From: Octopus vulgaris
Taxonomy: Eukaryota
DNA: 64,000 bases
Assembly: GCA_951406725.2 (NCBI GenBank)
Contig: OX597817.1
Location: forward strand, 2,170,001-2,234,000
Reading direction: 5' to 3'
The first letter of the stretch is position 1. Each line of letters begins with the position of its first letter. The position numbers and the translations under genes are program-made. Below are positions 25,681 through 37,777 of the stretch, piece after piece. Below the pieces are notes generated by a model. That model saw nothing but the letters and a program-made list of their open reading frames with translations. It was not told where the DNA came from and ran no database searches.

Positions 25681-26099
25681 ATTGTGTGTATGTGTGTGTG
25701 TTTGCATGTAGGAGAGAGAGAGAGTGAAAGAGGGAGAGAGAGGAAGAGAGACAGAGGAAGAGGGAGGGAGAGAGAGAGAGAGAGAGGGAGAGAGTGGAAT
25801 TTGGTTTGGAAATATGCGTAAACAGGAGTGTAGGAGAGCGGTGAGGGGTCGCTAGCCTGGCTCCAATACAGTACAAGGCCCACAACAGTTCAAAAGTATC
25901 CTCGTTTTAAGATTTAATGTCACATGCTCTCGCATTAGATCGAAATTTAAATCAAAGCTGTAGAAGAAGCGAAGCCGAATGAATTCAGAGAATGGTATAA
26001 GAAATTTAATGTTTAAGGTGAGAGAAAGAGTAGTGCAGGTAGGACTGGGAGTTAGTAAGCTTGTAATAGAGGGAGGTGGACAAGTGGAGATTGCTGATT

Positions 26100-26780
26100 G
26101 TGACGAAAATATCGAGAAAATAAATGGATATGGCTGGATACAACCATTATCTTGCTATTGTTTTCAGGAGCACATTCGAATCCTATTACTACACATGCCA
26201 GACCACCCACTATCACCACCCACTCGAACGCAATGGACCATTCCAGTATCCACTTATCAGTGTGAAGCATCTCCGCACCGGTTCTGTAAACTCAAGGAAA
26301 CGGGGGGAACGCTTGGTATTCGAACTCGGCACCATGGTATTGGCAAGTTTAAAGTAAACACTTTTTCTTCTCCCACACGCCTATCGTTTCTTTCATTCTT
26401 CCACACTCTCACCTGCTTCCTCTCTCTCTTTCTCACTCTCTCTCTATCTCTCTCTCTCACTCCTGCTACTTCCTTTCTACGTATGAAGCTCACGTTCTCT
26501 GGCTCCCCATCGGTTGCTCCTGTATTCAAATATGTAGAGGATATTTTATTTACCTTCTCTTAACTTTTCCTTGAAGAACATTGTTCGAAACGTTGGATAC
26601 TCCATTCTTCACATAAATACAAGCATGTATACACACACAAGCTCGCCCCACCACCCTATATATATATGTCAATGTGTGCCTTTGTGAATGTGCCTCCACT
26701 TCATGAACACAAGACTTTTGAAGCTGACATACCTGTTTACTCAAAGCTTTTCTTCAAGACATAGCGTTTTGCTACATAAT
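26100..26780 (+). mobile_element. Decayed Penelope-like 3' end with pLTR and hammerhead-like motif (26568-26597)
   Basis: FQEHIRI..DHP, HSNAMDHSSIHLSV, SRKRGERLVFELGTM (GIY-YIG C-terminus); tccTTGAAGAacattgttCGAAACGTTgga. Confidence 0.6.
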
Positions 26781-27416
26781 ATCTTTTCCTTTTTAATTTC
26801 AGAAGCAAATTAATTTCAGCTTCCACATTCTATCTATTTCTTTATCTTTGATTGTATATAAACTAAACAACATATCTTCCCGTTATATCAATTTTTAGGT
26901 ACAGAATATATATTTAGAATCTCTTTAGATTTTACTGCCGCCGGCGAACACATTAGCCCAATCGGGATTAGCCAGATTTAATATAAAAATGCATTTGCAT
27001 TAAATTAATAAAAAAATTATATTATTACTTAAAACTTTAAATTCTATATCACTTACTATAATATGAACATAAGTCTGAAATTTATTGGCATAAATATGCG
27101 TAAATGTTGTTACCTAATGTAATTTTCAAAGTCTTCATTTTTTTATTAATGTAAAACCAATTTGGTAAGTGAGATGTTAACATCTCTCGTTTGCAATATC
27201 TATTTGATATTCACGCAAAACTCCATACAAAAATGCGAGTTATAAAATTCACGACCGCTGAATGAAATTCTAGAAACAGATTAACGCAATTTTATGGAAC
27301 TAGTATTTCAATAGAGCGAATGATGAATAATTACTAACTTTATTGTTCCGGTTCGTTGATTGCATATATACGTAGATACATAATTACATGTATACTTAAT
27401 TACATCCACACATCTT

Positions 27417-27458
<42 letters not shown>

Positions 27459-27516
27459 CACACTCCCTTTCTCTCGTTTTCTCTCGTTCGGTATATATAT
27501 ATATATTATCTATCTA

Positions 27517-27569
<53 letters not shown>

Positions 27570-27597
27570 GGAGAGGCGGTGGGAAGTGATCATTTTG

Positions 27598-27672
<75 letters not shown>

Positions 27673-27673
27673 A

Positions 27674-27980
27674 TCACCGTGATCACCATGAACGCCAGGG
27701 CTATCAGATGTTGCTACACATCGCTGGTCACATTGCACTTCGCATTGTTTTAGCCTTACCCCGCTGGCTAAGCGAGCAGGCCAACAGAAGAAAGAGTGAG
27801 AGAAAGAGTGGGGAAAGAGTACAGCAGGGATCACCACCGATAACAACTCGAACCGCAGGGATCGTGGAGCTTTAAGGTGTTTTCGCTCAATAAACACACA
27901 CAACGCCCGGTCTGGAAATCGAAACCGCGATCCTACGACTGCGAGTCCGCTGCCCTAACCACTGGGCCATTGCGCCTCCA
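27674..27980 (-). mobile_element. tRNA-derived SINE
   Basis: Reverse complement begins tggaggcgcaaTGGCCCAGTGGttagggcagcggactcgc...GGTTTCGATTTCc (Pol III A and B boxes); its 3' part recurs at 31797-31885 (+) and a related copy lies at 60145-60479. Confidence 0.8.
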
Positions 27981-28084
27981 CTCACACACACACACACACT
28001 CACACACACACATATATATATATATGTATATATATATAGATACATATACACACACACGCACGCACATGTATCTTTATATATATA

Positions 28085-29038
28085 TATAAAACTGAGAATG
28101 TGTGTCTGTCTGTCTGTCTGTCTGACTGTCTGTGTGTTTCCCTAAAACTTGAGAACTACACAACCAATTTCATTCAAATTTTACACATGCCTTACTTAGG
28201 GTCCATGTAGTTTCATGGGCAAAAAATGTTCAACTTCTTGCCTAGAGCGAGCCCATAGCAATATCATATCTTCTCCACTATTTCAGTATTACGTGTTAAA
28301 AGTGAAACAAAAACGTTTCTCTATTTTATGTCAGATACTTTCACTTTAACAATAAAAATAATAATAACAATTGAATTATATGTAGTAAGTAATAATTAAA
28401 ATCAAACTAAAGTATAATATAATCGTGGTTTCACATGAATGGGAATAAATTAAAAATTAGCGTGCAGAAATGGAATAGTCCAGATGGATAATAAAAAAAT
28501 TAATTAAAGAAAAGACTATTGTCTATAAAGTATACAATGTAGAGAAAAAAGAAGATTTGAACAGATGGAGGAAAGCACCTTCAAAAAGTGTCTTGGTGCG
28601 ACTATGAAAGGTATCTAATCAGAGGCGGTAAATTCGCCACAATAGAAGCAAGGTTCGAGTCAACGGAACGTGCAAGGGAGTACTCGACTCGAACTTGCAA
28701 AGGGGAAATATTTTACTTTTACCTTTATATCTGGGACGTAGGACGTCCCGGAAAAAAACTAAAATGCCCCCCCCCCCAGAAGTTGAGGTAGGCATGCTTC
28801 TATACAAGAGGGAGGAAAAGATACAATTGATCGAAATTACAAGAGACGGGATAACAATTCCAGTCTGTTATATATTTTGAGTATTGTTATCACTAGCGAT
28901 ATCAAGATATAACTTTGTATTTTGTATTTTATGTGTAGATGTATATAATTAGAAGTACATGTAATATGTACACATATATATACACATATAAACATGCACT
29001 AGCACTATGACCCGGCAACGACGGGTCATAGTGCTAGT
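28085..29038 (+). mobile_element. Non-autonomous Helitron
   Basis: 5' end within (TA)n followed by (GTCT)n; 3' GC-rich hairpin gacccg-gcaacga-cgggtc and terminal CTAG followed by T; 5' region similar to 50600-50750. Confidence 0.75.
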
Positions 29039-29278
29039 ATATATATATAAATACTCATATACCTTGTATCATTTACTTGTTTCAGTTATTAGAATGCGAC
29101 CATGCTGGAGCACCATCTGGAAGAATTTGTAGTCGAATGAATCGACTCCAACACATTATCTAAAACCAGGTACTTATTCTATCGGTCTCTTTCGCTGAGC
29201 TGCTAAGTCACGGGTATTTAAACACACCACCACTTTTTGTCAGGCGTGGTGGGGAACAAACACAGATTGAAAACCACA

Positions 29279-29333
<55 letters not shown>

Positions 29334-29347
29334 GTATGTATGCGTAG

Positions 29348-29391
<44 letters not shown>

Positions 29392-29770
29392 AAGAAGGGT
29401 AGTAATATTATTTACTACCGGGTGCCCAGCACAAAAGACGAATTAGTCATAAGACAAAAATATTATTCATATAGAAAAATATTATTCATGTAGTTATACA
29501 ATTAAGGGCTCCTAAATTAAGATGCCGAGTGCTGGGAACACAAAAAGGGGATGAACTTATCGAGAGTGAAAATCAAAAACGTTTACCGATAACTTTAACA
29601 ACTCGAACCGCACGGTTTCTGCTTCTTTCTAGCAAAACACAGAATATGTTTGCTAAGGCTAGCTTCGTCAGCGAGTCGCCTAAATTGAATTGAGGTCTGC
29701 AGCGATGTGGGACCATATGTACGTACCTACATATATGTTTGTATGTATGCATATGTTTGTATGTATGCAC

Positions 29771-29809
<39 letters not shown>

Positions 29810-30728
29810 TCAATAAATGGTGAGGTTGTGTAGACCGCACGTGGAGAAATGAGAAGCAATGAAAAATTGTATAAATGCAGAATGCTCGATTGAAAGAAAA
29901 TTCTAATGAATTGAGAAAATGAAAATATATATAAATATATATTTATTCAAACCGGTTTTCGTCATAGTCTGACTTATCAAGAATAGTTAGGTGAAAAGGT
30001 TTTTTTAAAAATGAGAAAGGGGAAAAAAAGTTGCATTGTTTTTTGCAAAAGAATAATAGTAGTAAATATGTATAAAAATTAAAAAATAAGTACTCCGATA
30101 CATTGTGAGTTCGTTGTGTATCTTGAGTTTAATGATTGTTCATGAAAAAATTACCTTGAGGTATTAGGATCCAATGGGATTAAGGCCATGTGTTGTTTGG
30201 TTTAATTTAGGATGTTGGCAAAACAGGAAGTAGTAGTAATTGTGGTTCTTCAGTTCCTGTGTTGTGAATAAGGGGAGACAACTCTTTTGAGTTCTTAAAT
30301 AAAAGCTGCTGATAAACCCCAAATTATAAAATTGTCATTTTAGCTTCATTTGCATTATCTTTTTTATATAATTGTTTGTTAATTTAACTTTCAGATTTTA
30401 ACACTTTATTTATATTATTTTCTAATTATATAAATTTGCATAGACAATTGCATTTCAGATAGTAAAAATGATATTTAAAGAGTATAAGTTTTTGCTTGAA
30501 GTGATGAATCTATGGTATCCTTATATATTTGTGTGAGTCTATCCATGAAGAATGAGGTAGAAAAGGGAAGTTTGATCAACGAGGAGTTTGTATGTTAAGT
30601 TGTGTTTGGAATTTTTCAATAAAGAGATTCTCCTTGTTAATTCTCTCCTGTGTGGTGATGCCGTCTTTACATTGGTTGAAGGGGAATATATAGAATTTGG
30701 GGTTTAAGTCTTTAGCGCATGAGTCTAA
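29810..30728 (-). mobile_element. Penelope-like 3' end with pLTR and hammerhead-like motif (29948-29983)
   Basis: DSCAKDLNPKFYIFPFNQCKDGITTQERINKENLFIEKFQTQLN resembles the GIY-YIG C-terminus; minus strand TTGATAA-GTCA-gacta-TGAC-GAAA-ACCGGT. Confidence 0.7.
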
Positions 30729-30863
30729 AGAGGGACTGAACCTGTAACCATGTGGTTGGGAAGCAAAAGTCTCAACCACAGAGTTATTGTTGTACCAAAT
30801 GCGCGCACGCGTGTGTTTACATTTGTTGTTAAATAGAATATTGTGTTCCACCATGTCTCAAAA

Positions 30864-30923
<60 letters not shown>

Positions 30924-31113
30924 GTTTAAATATTTGTTGTGCAAGATTTTTTATGTGAAGTCGTGTGTTGAAACAGATATTGTTATATTTCGGAATGGTC
31001 ATATTGCCAGGATTATATATATATATATATATATATAATAATAAATATTAGGGAATAAATCCAAATTTACAGGGAAAAAAAATCAGATTTAGGATTAAAT
31101 CCCTAATATTTAT

Positions 31114-31164
<51 letters not shown>

Positions 31165-31547
31165 TACATTCATATATACATACATACATATATGTACTAG
31201 CAATACATTTCGGCGTTGCCTAGATATTATGACCTGCAACCACATTGTATTATTTGTTCCTTTCTGATGAGCAGAATCAGCACACGAGGAACGTGAAGCA
31301 AACACCTCTTCTTTATATACATTTTTTCGGTCATTTTTTGATGAACAACGCTTTAGTTTCCTTCTACCTAATTCAGTCACAAATCTAGGGTTATAGTGGA
31401 AAACACTTGCAGAGGGACTGAACCTGTAACCATGTGGTTGGGAAGCAAAAGTCTCAACCACAGAGTTATTGTTGCACCAAATGCGCGCACGCGTGTGTTT
31501 ACATTTGTTGTTAAATAGAATATTGTGTTCCACCATGTCTCAAAAGT
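30729..31547. repeat. 137-bp direct duplication (30729-30865 and 31411-31547)
   Basis: Identical apart from one T/C difference (tgtaccaa vs tgcaccaa); includes a SINE head fragment plus flanking sequence. Confidence 0.92.
31197..31240 (-). mobile_element. Helitron-like 3' terminus
   Basis: Reverse complement atctaggcaacgccgaaatgtattgCTAGt carries the same gcaacg loop and CTAG end as 29022-29038. Confidence 0.45.
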
Positions 31548-31907
31548 TAGCAGTTCATCAAGCAGAGATCTATAAAATAAATGCCAGATTGAAATACGTA
31601 TTGATGTCCGTAAGATCAATTAAATTTATGAAGGTGATACCTCATGATGGCGACAGTCGAAAGACTAAACCCAGTAAAGTAATGTTTAAAGACTTATTGG
31701 GTTCAAGTTTAAGGTAATTGATTTCTACCAACAAGATGATGAGTTCAAAACTTCTTATGGAGCTTCCATTCTATACGATAACAGTATAAGTACTGTTTGA
31801 AGGCTAAAACAATGCGAAGCGCATTGTGACCAGCGATGTGTAGCAACATCTGATAGCCTGGTCTGTCACGGTGATCACGGTGATATATATATATGCATGT
31901 ATGTATG

Positions 31908-31946
<39 letters not shown>

Positions 31947-32202
31947 ATATGTGTGTGTGTGTACTCATATATATATGTATATATATATATATGTATACAT
32001 ACACACACGTGCGCGCGCACACGCACATACTTTAGAAACTTGCTTGTCTGATGATTGCATTTTATAGAAGTATGAAACGTTTTGTCAACTGTGTATTACT
32101 AATAAACGTAGTAAGTACTCTCAGGTATTCTAATTTTATTCCTGTAATTATCTACAACTTATCAAACACATATTTATGTATACACACACACACACACACA
32201 CA

Positions 32203-32360
32203 TACGATGGGATTCTTTCAGTTTCCGCCTACCAAATCCACTCACAACGCTTTGGTCGGCCCGAGGCTATAATAGAAGACACTTGTCGAAGGTGCCACGC
32301 AGTGGGACAGAACCTGGAACCATGTGGTTCGTAAGGAAGCTACTTACCACACGGCCACTA
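32203..32360 (-). mobile_element. tRNA-derived SINE, 5' half
   Basis: Reverse complement agtggccgtgtggtaagtagc...ggttccaggttctgtcccactgcgtggcacc; homologous to 45016-45155 and 58538-58690. Confidence 0.8.
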
Positions 32361-32390
32361 AAGCTATAAATATATATATATATGTATATG

Positions 32391-32481
<91 letters not shown>

Positions 32482-33292
32482 GTACATGAAGTAAATTAGA
32501 AGAGGTACACGAGTGGAAGATGAAAGAAGCTAAATATGGGCTGAGCAGAATAAAAACCAAGTCTGCCCGTAGTTGTCACAGCGCCTACCAACAAAGATAT
32601 TTCGTAAGTATGAAAACAAACTTTCCGAAAAATTCAGTCGTAATTGCCTGAATGATGTTTTCTTTTCTTTGAGTGTCATTGACTCTTCGCACGATGCTTG
32701 CTTCTGGCTTTTTTTACTTATTCATTTGTCTAATTTTTTTGTTTCACTCTCCAAATGACAAACATCAAACCAATGAGAAGTATTATGTGTACCACATTTG
32801 ACATCATTAGCAAAATGCCTACGTTCTCATGCACTCACACACAGACGCACAAACACACACACACACACACATACAAACACACATACACGTACATTCAAAC
32901 ATACACACACACACTCTCTTACACAAACACACACTTCTTTATATATAAAAAAGCACACATAGATACGTTTAATATATATCCGTATCTAAACTAATTTATT
33001 TATATTTATATTCTTTCATTCTTATATTTGTTTCAGTCATTTGACTGCGGCCATGGTGGAGTTCCTGTCTGCTTTGCCGAACCGCTAAGTTACGGGGGAC
33101 GTAAACACACCAGCATCGGTTGTTATGCGTTTGTGGCGGCTGTTATGGTGGGGGTAAAAACAGACGCACAAATACACAAATACACACACAGATTATATGT
33201 GTGTGTATATATGTTAGTTAGTTAGTTAATTTGGCTCAAAAGCAAATAGCATGGCCATATAGGGGGACATGGAGTTAAGTACAGGGTGGTGT

Positions 33293-36182
33293 TCATGTAA
33301 AGAGTTCAGGCCACTTGAGGTCCAGGGAGGCTTTGAACAAAGCGGTCGTCGGCATCTTCACCATCTCGTCTGGCAGCTTGTTCCACGGATCCGCAACCCG
33401 GACGGAGAAAGCTCCTCTCCTTCGATTGAGATGAAATCGTCGCAGGTAGAGCTTTTCGGAATGACCCCGCAGCCGACGCTCCGGAGCAGGAGTGAAGAAC
33501 AGCTCTTTCGAGAGGTTACACTTTCCGCTTATGATGTTGTGGGCGAGAATGAGATCACCACGGCGGCGGCGTTTTTCCAGAGAATAAAGGCCGAGCGTCC
33601 TCAGCCTTTCTTCGTAGGACAAATTTTTGAGACCATGAACCATGAGGGTAGCCAGCCTCTGGACTCTTTCGAGATGCTGTATGTCTTTGAGGAGATAAGG
33701 AGAAGAGGCTTGAATCCCATACTCCAATATGGGTCTCACCAGCGTGACATAGAGTGGTAGGAATATGGCTGCTGTGAGCATTCCGAATGACCGTCGAATC
33801 AAGAACAGAATTCCGCGTGCTTTGTTGGCAGCATGGACGCACTGGGCCGAAGGCGAAAAGGAGGAATCCACCAAGATACCCAGGTCCTTTACCTGATCGG
33901 TCCTCTCCAGCAGCAGACGACCCGGCTCGAAATCAAGTTGAGTTGCAGGAGTAGAGCCGACAGGCAGATGACAGCACTTTGACACGTTCAGACACAGGTC
34001 CCAATCGTTAGACCACTTCCAAATTTGGTGGAGGCATCGGCGAAGATCCTCTATATTACCGCGAGGAGCGACCAGTTTGATATCGTCGGCAAATAGAAGG
34101 GTGTGTTGCGTGAGGTCGTCGGGCAAGTCATTTATGAAGACTAAGAACAACAAGGGCCCAAGCACTGAACCTTGAGGCACGCCACTGCTCGCACTGGAGA
34201 CATCGGACCGCGAACCATTAACTTGGACTTGGAAGGAGCGATCTGAGAGGAAAGCACCAACCCATCGTATAATATCCGGATGGAAACTATATGCTTGAAG
34301 CTTGACAAGTAATAGGCGGTGGTTTACCGAGTCAAAAGCTTTGGCAAAGTCCAATAAAACGATGTCAACAGCATCACTATCATCGAGGATGCGCGTCACC
34401 AATTCTTCCATTACTAGTAAGTTAGTCAAGCATGATCTCTTCGGCACGAAGCCGTGTTGGGAATCAGAGATAGAGGCTGTGTTTAGGAGGTGGAGCATCA
34501 TACTTTTCTTAAGGATGGTTTCGAACATCTTGCTGATTATTGATGTAAGGGAAACCGGTCGGTAGTTAAGCGGGTCTTCGCGGCTCCCTTTCTTGAAAAT
34601 TGGGCAGATTATCGCTGTTTTCCAGTCTGCAGGTATAACACCCGTCGCCAATGACATATTGAATAGTCGTGTTAAGGGCTCGCAGATGACCGGAGCCAAC
34701 GCTTTGATAACCCGTGGGTGTATGCCGTCAGGGCCGTGACCCTTGTTGACATCGAGGCCTTGAATAACACGTTTGACTTCGTCCCGCATGATGACCAATC
34801 GAAGCATTGGAGGTACCGATCTATCAAATGGAGGGGGGTTCACGGCCATCATCTTGTTTGAAAATAGTTGAAAAAGCCTCGGCAAATAATTGACTCTGTT
34901 GATAAGGGTCCTCAATCGATACGCCTGTTGAGTCTACCAACGTTGCAATCTGGTTGTTCAAGCGGGAATTCCGCTGGACATGGGCAAAGAAGGTTTTTGG
35001 ATTGCTACTGGCATTTGCCGCGATTTTGTATTCATAACTGAAGCGTTCTTTCTTTTCAATTTTCACGGCTCGGTCTTGTTGAGTTTTGTACACCTCAAAA
35101 GCTGCAGTCGAATCCAGATTTTTGAATTCAGCCCAAGCAATATCTCTGAGTCGACGTTCTCGTTTAACCTTCTTCGTCACCCAGGGCTTGTGTCTCTTCT
35201 TCTTGGGAAGCCCAACGGGAACTGCCTGGTCAGTCAAACAGATTACATATGCTTTGAGGGATGACCATAGTTCGTCAACTGAGGACAACGTCATCAGGGA
35301 TCGCCAGTCCAGAAGCGCGGAAGCCTCGGTTAGAATTTCAAGATTAATTGCAGAGAAGACTCTACGTGGCAGCGACGTAGTCGTGGGCGTAGAAAAAGTT
35401 GTGTGCATGACGAACTTCAGGACCGCATGATCACTCTTGGCAAGAGGGGCGCACACAGATACGTCTGACACTGATCTTGGATAGCGGGAGAATACCAGAT
35501 CTAGCATAGATGGCTGCTGCCCAGACCGATGCCTTGTCGGATATTCAACATGTTGCGATAGAAAACAATCTTCCGCCACGTCAAGAAGGGACTGGCCGAA
35601 CCGGGAAGATGTTGTACAAATTGATGCGGGCCAATCGATCGTGGGAGCGTTGAAGTCTCCTAGTACCAAACAGTCATGCGAAGCTGAAACGAATCTTATC
35701 GCTTCGAGTAAATGAGCATCGTCCTGGGGGTCGGCAAGAGGCGGCCTGTAGACAGCCAACACGGGCAGGCAAAACTCAGATAGGCTCAGCTTGCAATAGA
35801 CGGCATCGAATTTTGTTGTAGGTTGAGCATTAGTGGGTAGAATACCGCTGGACGGTTTGTGCTCAGACTTAACATACACAGCAACACCTCCACCTCGCCT
35901 TTTTCCTCTGTCACATCTGAAAAGGACGTAGCCCTGCAGGTGGATTTCTGAGTCCTTTACTGCTGGAGTCAGCCAAGTCTAGGTGATAGCTATCACATCA
36001 GGGGAGTCACGTATGGCCAGTGTAAATAGTTCACTGAACTTTGGGAATAAGGAGCACGAGTTGGTGTAGACGATGCTGAGCTGTGAAGTCTGAGGGGCGG
36101 GAGTTGGGGAACAAGCAGAATAAGGGGTATCAGAGATAGCATCGTTGACGCGGGTATCAACTTCACTTCGATTTGCCCTCAC
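33293..36182 (-). pseudogene. LINE ORF2 (endonuclease-reverse transcriptase) with one stop and one frameshift
   Basis: TAG at 35979-35981 in place of the catalytic Glu of IT(E)TWL; 6-G run at 34833-34838 versus 5 G in copy 2 shifts the frame. Confidence 0.9.
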
Positions 36183-36526
36183 ATCACTTTCCCTGTCAGC
36201 ACTACAGCATGGTACCAGAGGTAGGACTTGATTATCTGTCCATCTTGGATTCGTAAACCCTTCTCTCCCATTTGTTTCCTCATCTTTAGTTCGGATATTA
36301 GGTTTCTCCGGCGAATTCTCTCTCTTAGTGAGTATTCCTCGCGAAAACCCATATTGGGGTCCTCCCAGGCATGCGTCTGAGCTCTGTTTAGAAAGACTGA
36401 AGCCTCCCGATCCGAAGAAAAGATTACCCTTATTGGGCGTGGTCTAGTATCTGAGGTTGGGTTCGCTTGGAATCTTCCTAGCCGAGCGACCTTATGGACA
36501 CTGAAATTTTCGTTCACAGAGAACAA
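36179..36526 (-). CDS. LINE ORF1, C-terminal part (5'-truncated)
   Basis: ARLGRF....RPRPIRVIF...EEYSLRERIRRRNLISELK.R...GEKGLRIQDGQII, typical of CR1/L2 ORF1 C-termini. Confidence 0.75.
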   Translation of the reverse strand: MFSVNENFSVHKVARLGRFQANPTSDTRPRPIRVIFSSDREASVFLNRAQTHAWEDPNMGFREEYSLRERIRRRNLISELKMRKQMGEKGLRIQDGQIIKSYLWYHAVVLTGKVM

Positions 36527-36552
36527 TTCTCCTAATATATATATATAAATAT

Positions 36553-36691
36553 ATTAAATAGACGAGGTGAGTGACTTTTCGAGATTGGAATATTTGATGT
36601 TGCACTGATTCTATTGTTTTTATTTATATGCATCCAATGCATACGCTCGTGACAATAGCATACACACACACAAACACAGGCACGCACACAG

Positions 36692-36725
<34 letters not shown>

Positions 36726-37127
36726 GTATTTATATATGTATATATGTTTATGTATAGATTTATGTACATATATATGTACGTCCGTACGTACGTATGTATG
36801 TATGTATGTATGTATGTATGAGTGTATGTATGTATGTATGTATGTATGTATGTATGTATATATGTGTGTGTATGTGTGTATGTATGTATGTGTGTATGTG
36901 TGTATGTATGTATGTGTGTATGTGTGTATATATGTATGTATGTATGTGTGTATGTATGTATGTATGTGTGCGTGTCTGTGTGCGTGTCTGTGTGCCTGTC
37001 CGTGTTTGTGTGTGTGTGTATGCTATTGTCACGAGCGTATGCGTTAAATGCATATAAATAAAAACCATAGAATCAGAGCAACATCAAATATTCCACTCTC
37101 TAAAAGTCACTCACCTCGTCTTTTTAA
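36553..37127. repeat. Inverted repeat, ~150-bp arms around a (TATG/TG)n core
   Basis: agacgaggtgagtgactttt...atacgctcgtgacaatagcatacacacacac at 36560-36680 is mirrored at 37000-37120. Confidence 0.9.
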
Positions 37128-37618
37128 TTCATATAACCCATTAATGAAGCAATAATATCATTGCTGTTGAAAAACAGGAAACAGAACTGTTTTCTCTCAT
37201 TCTGGAAGCGAATACTTCATTATTAGTATTTTGGCAGTCGTTACAAAAGAAGTTGACTTCCGGGTAGATATCTCTTTGAAAATTACATCAAATAATTCGG
37301 TTTACATTTTCCTTAGTGCGAGCAAGTTTATTAGGATAAATGCAGACTCGAAGTGGTTGTCGCTGCTGCTGTTGCTGCTGCTGCTGATGATGATGACGAT
37401 GACGGGGAGGATATGCGATCAACGTTAATGATGTTTGGTGATAGCAGCATGGGCGACGTCGATATCTTATTTAATCTGTGTGCGTGCTTGTAATATAATA
37501 CAATATATAATGTATGTACATATATATACACGCAAGTGTGCATGTATATATGTATGTACGTATATTAAATATATATATATGTATATTTAATATATATATG
37601 ATTATGCAATCTATATAC

Positions 37619-37657
<39 letters not shown>

Positions 37658-37724
37658 TATACAGACACACACACATATAAATAGATATATATGTGTATGC
37701 ATACATTCCTTCAAATGTATACAT

Positions 37725-37774
<50 letters not shown>

Positions 37775-37777
37775 CAC

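Larger units (their letters stand above)
33213..36533 (-). mobile_element. CR1/L2-group LINE, copy 1 (ORF1 3' part + APE endonuclease + RT), (TAAC)n tail
   Basis: APE motifs YTN, DVIAIT.TWL, LGDFN, SDH; RT motifs NYRPVSLTS, LDFAKAFDSV, GVPQGSVLGP, FADD; tail appears as gttagttagttag on the + strand. Confidence 0.95.

Noticed and set aside
27890-27980. tRNA gene
   Set aside because: A and B boxes are present but the sequence continues into a SINE body found several times; no complete cloverleaf seen
33213-33230. Telomeric repeat
   Set aside because: (TTAG)n is the LINE tail, present at all three copies; no TTAGGG array, and the terminal (CCTA)n is not TTAGGG either
34833-34838. Programmed frameshift inside LINE ORF2
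   Set aside because: Copy 2 has one fewer G and an open frame, so this is a homopolymer mutation or sequencing error
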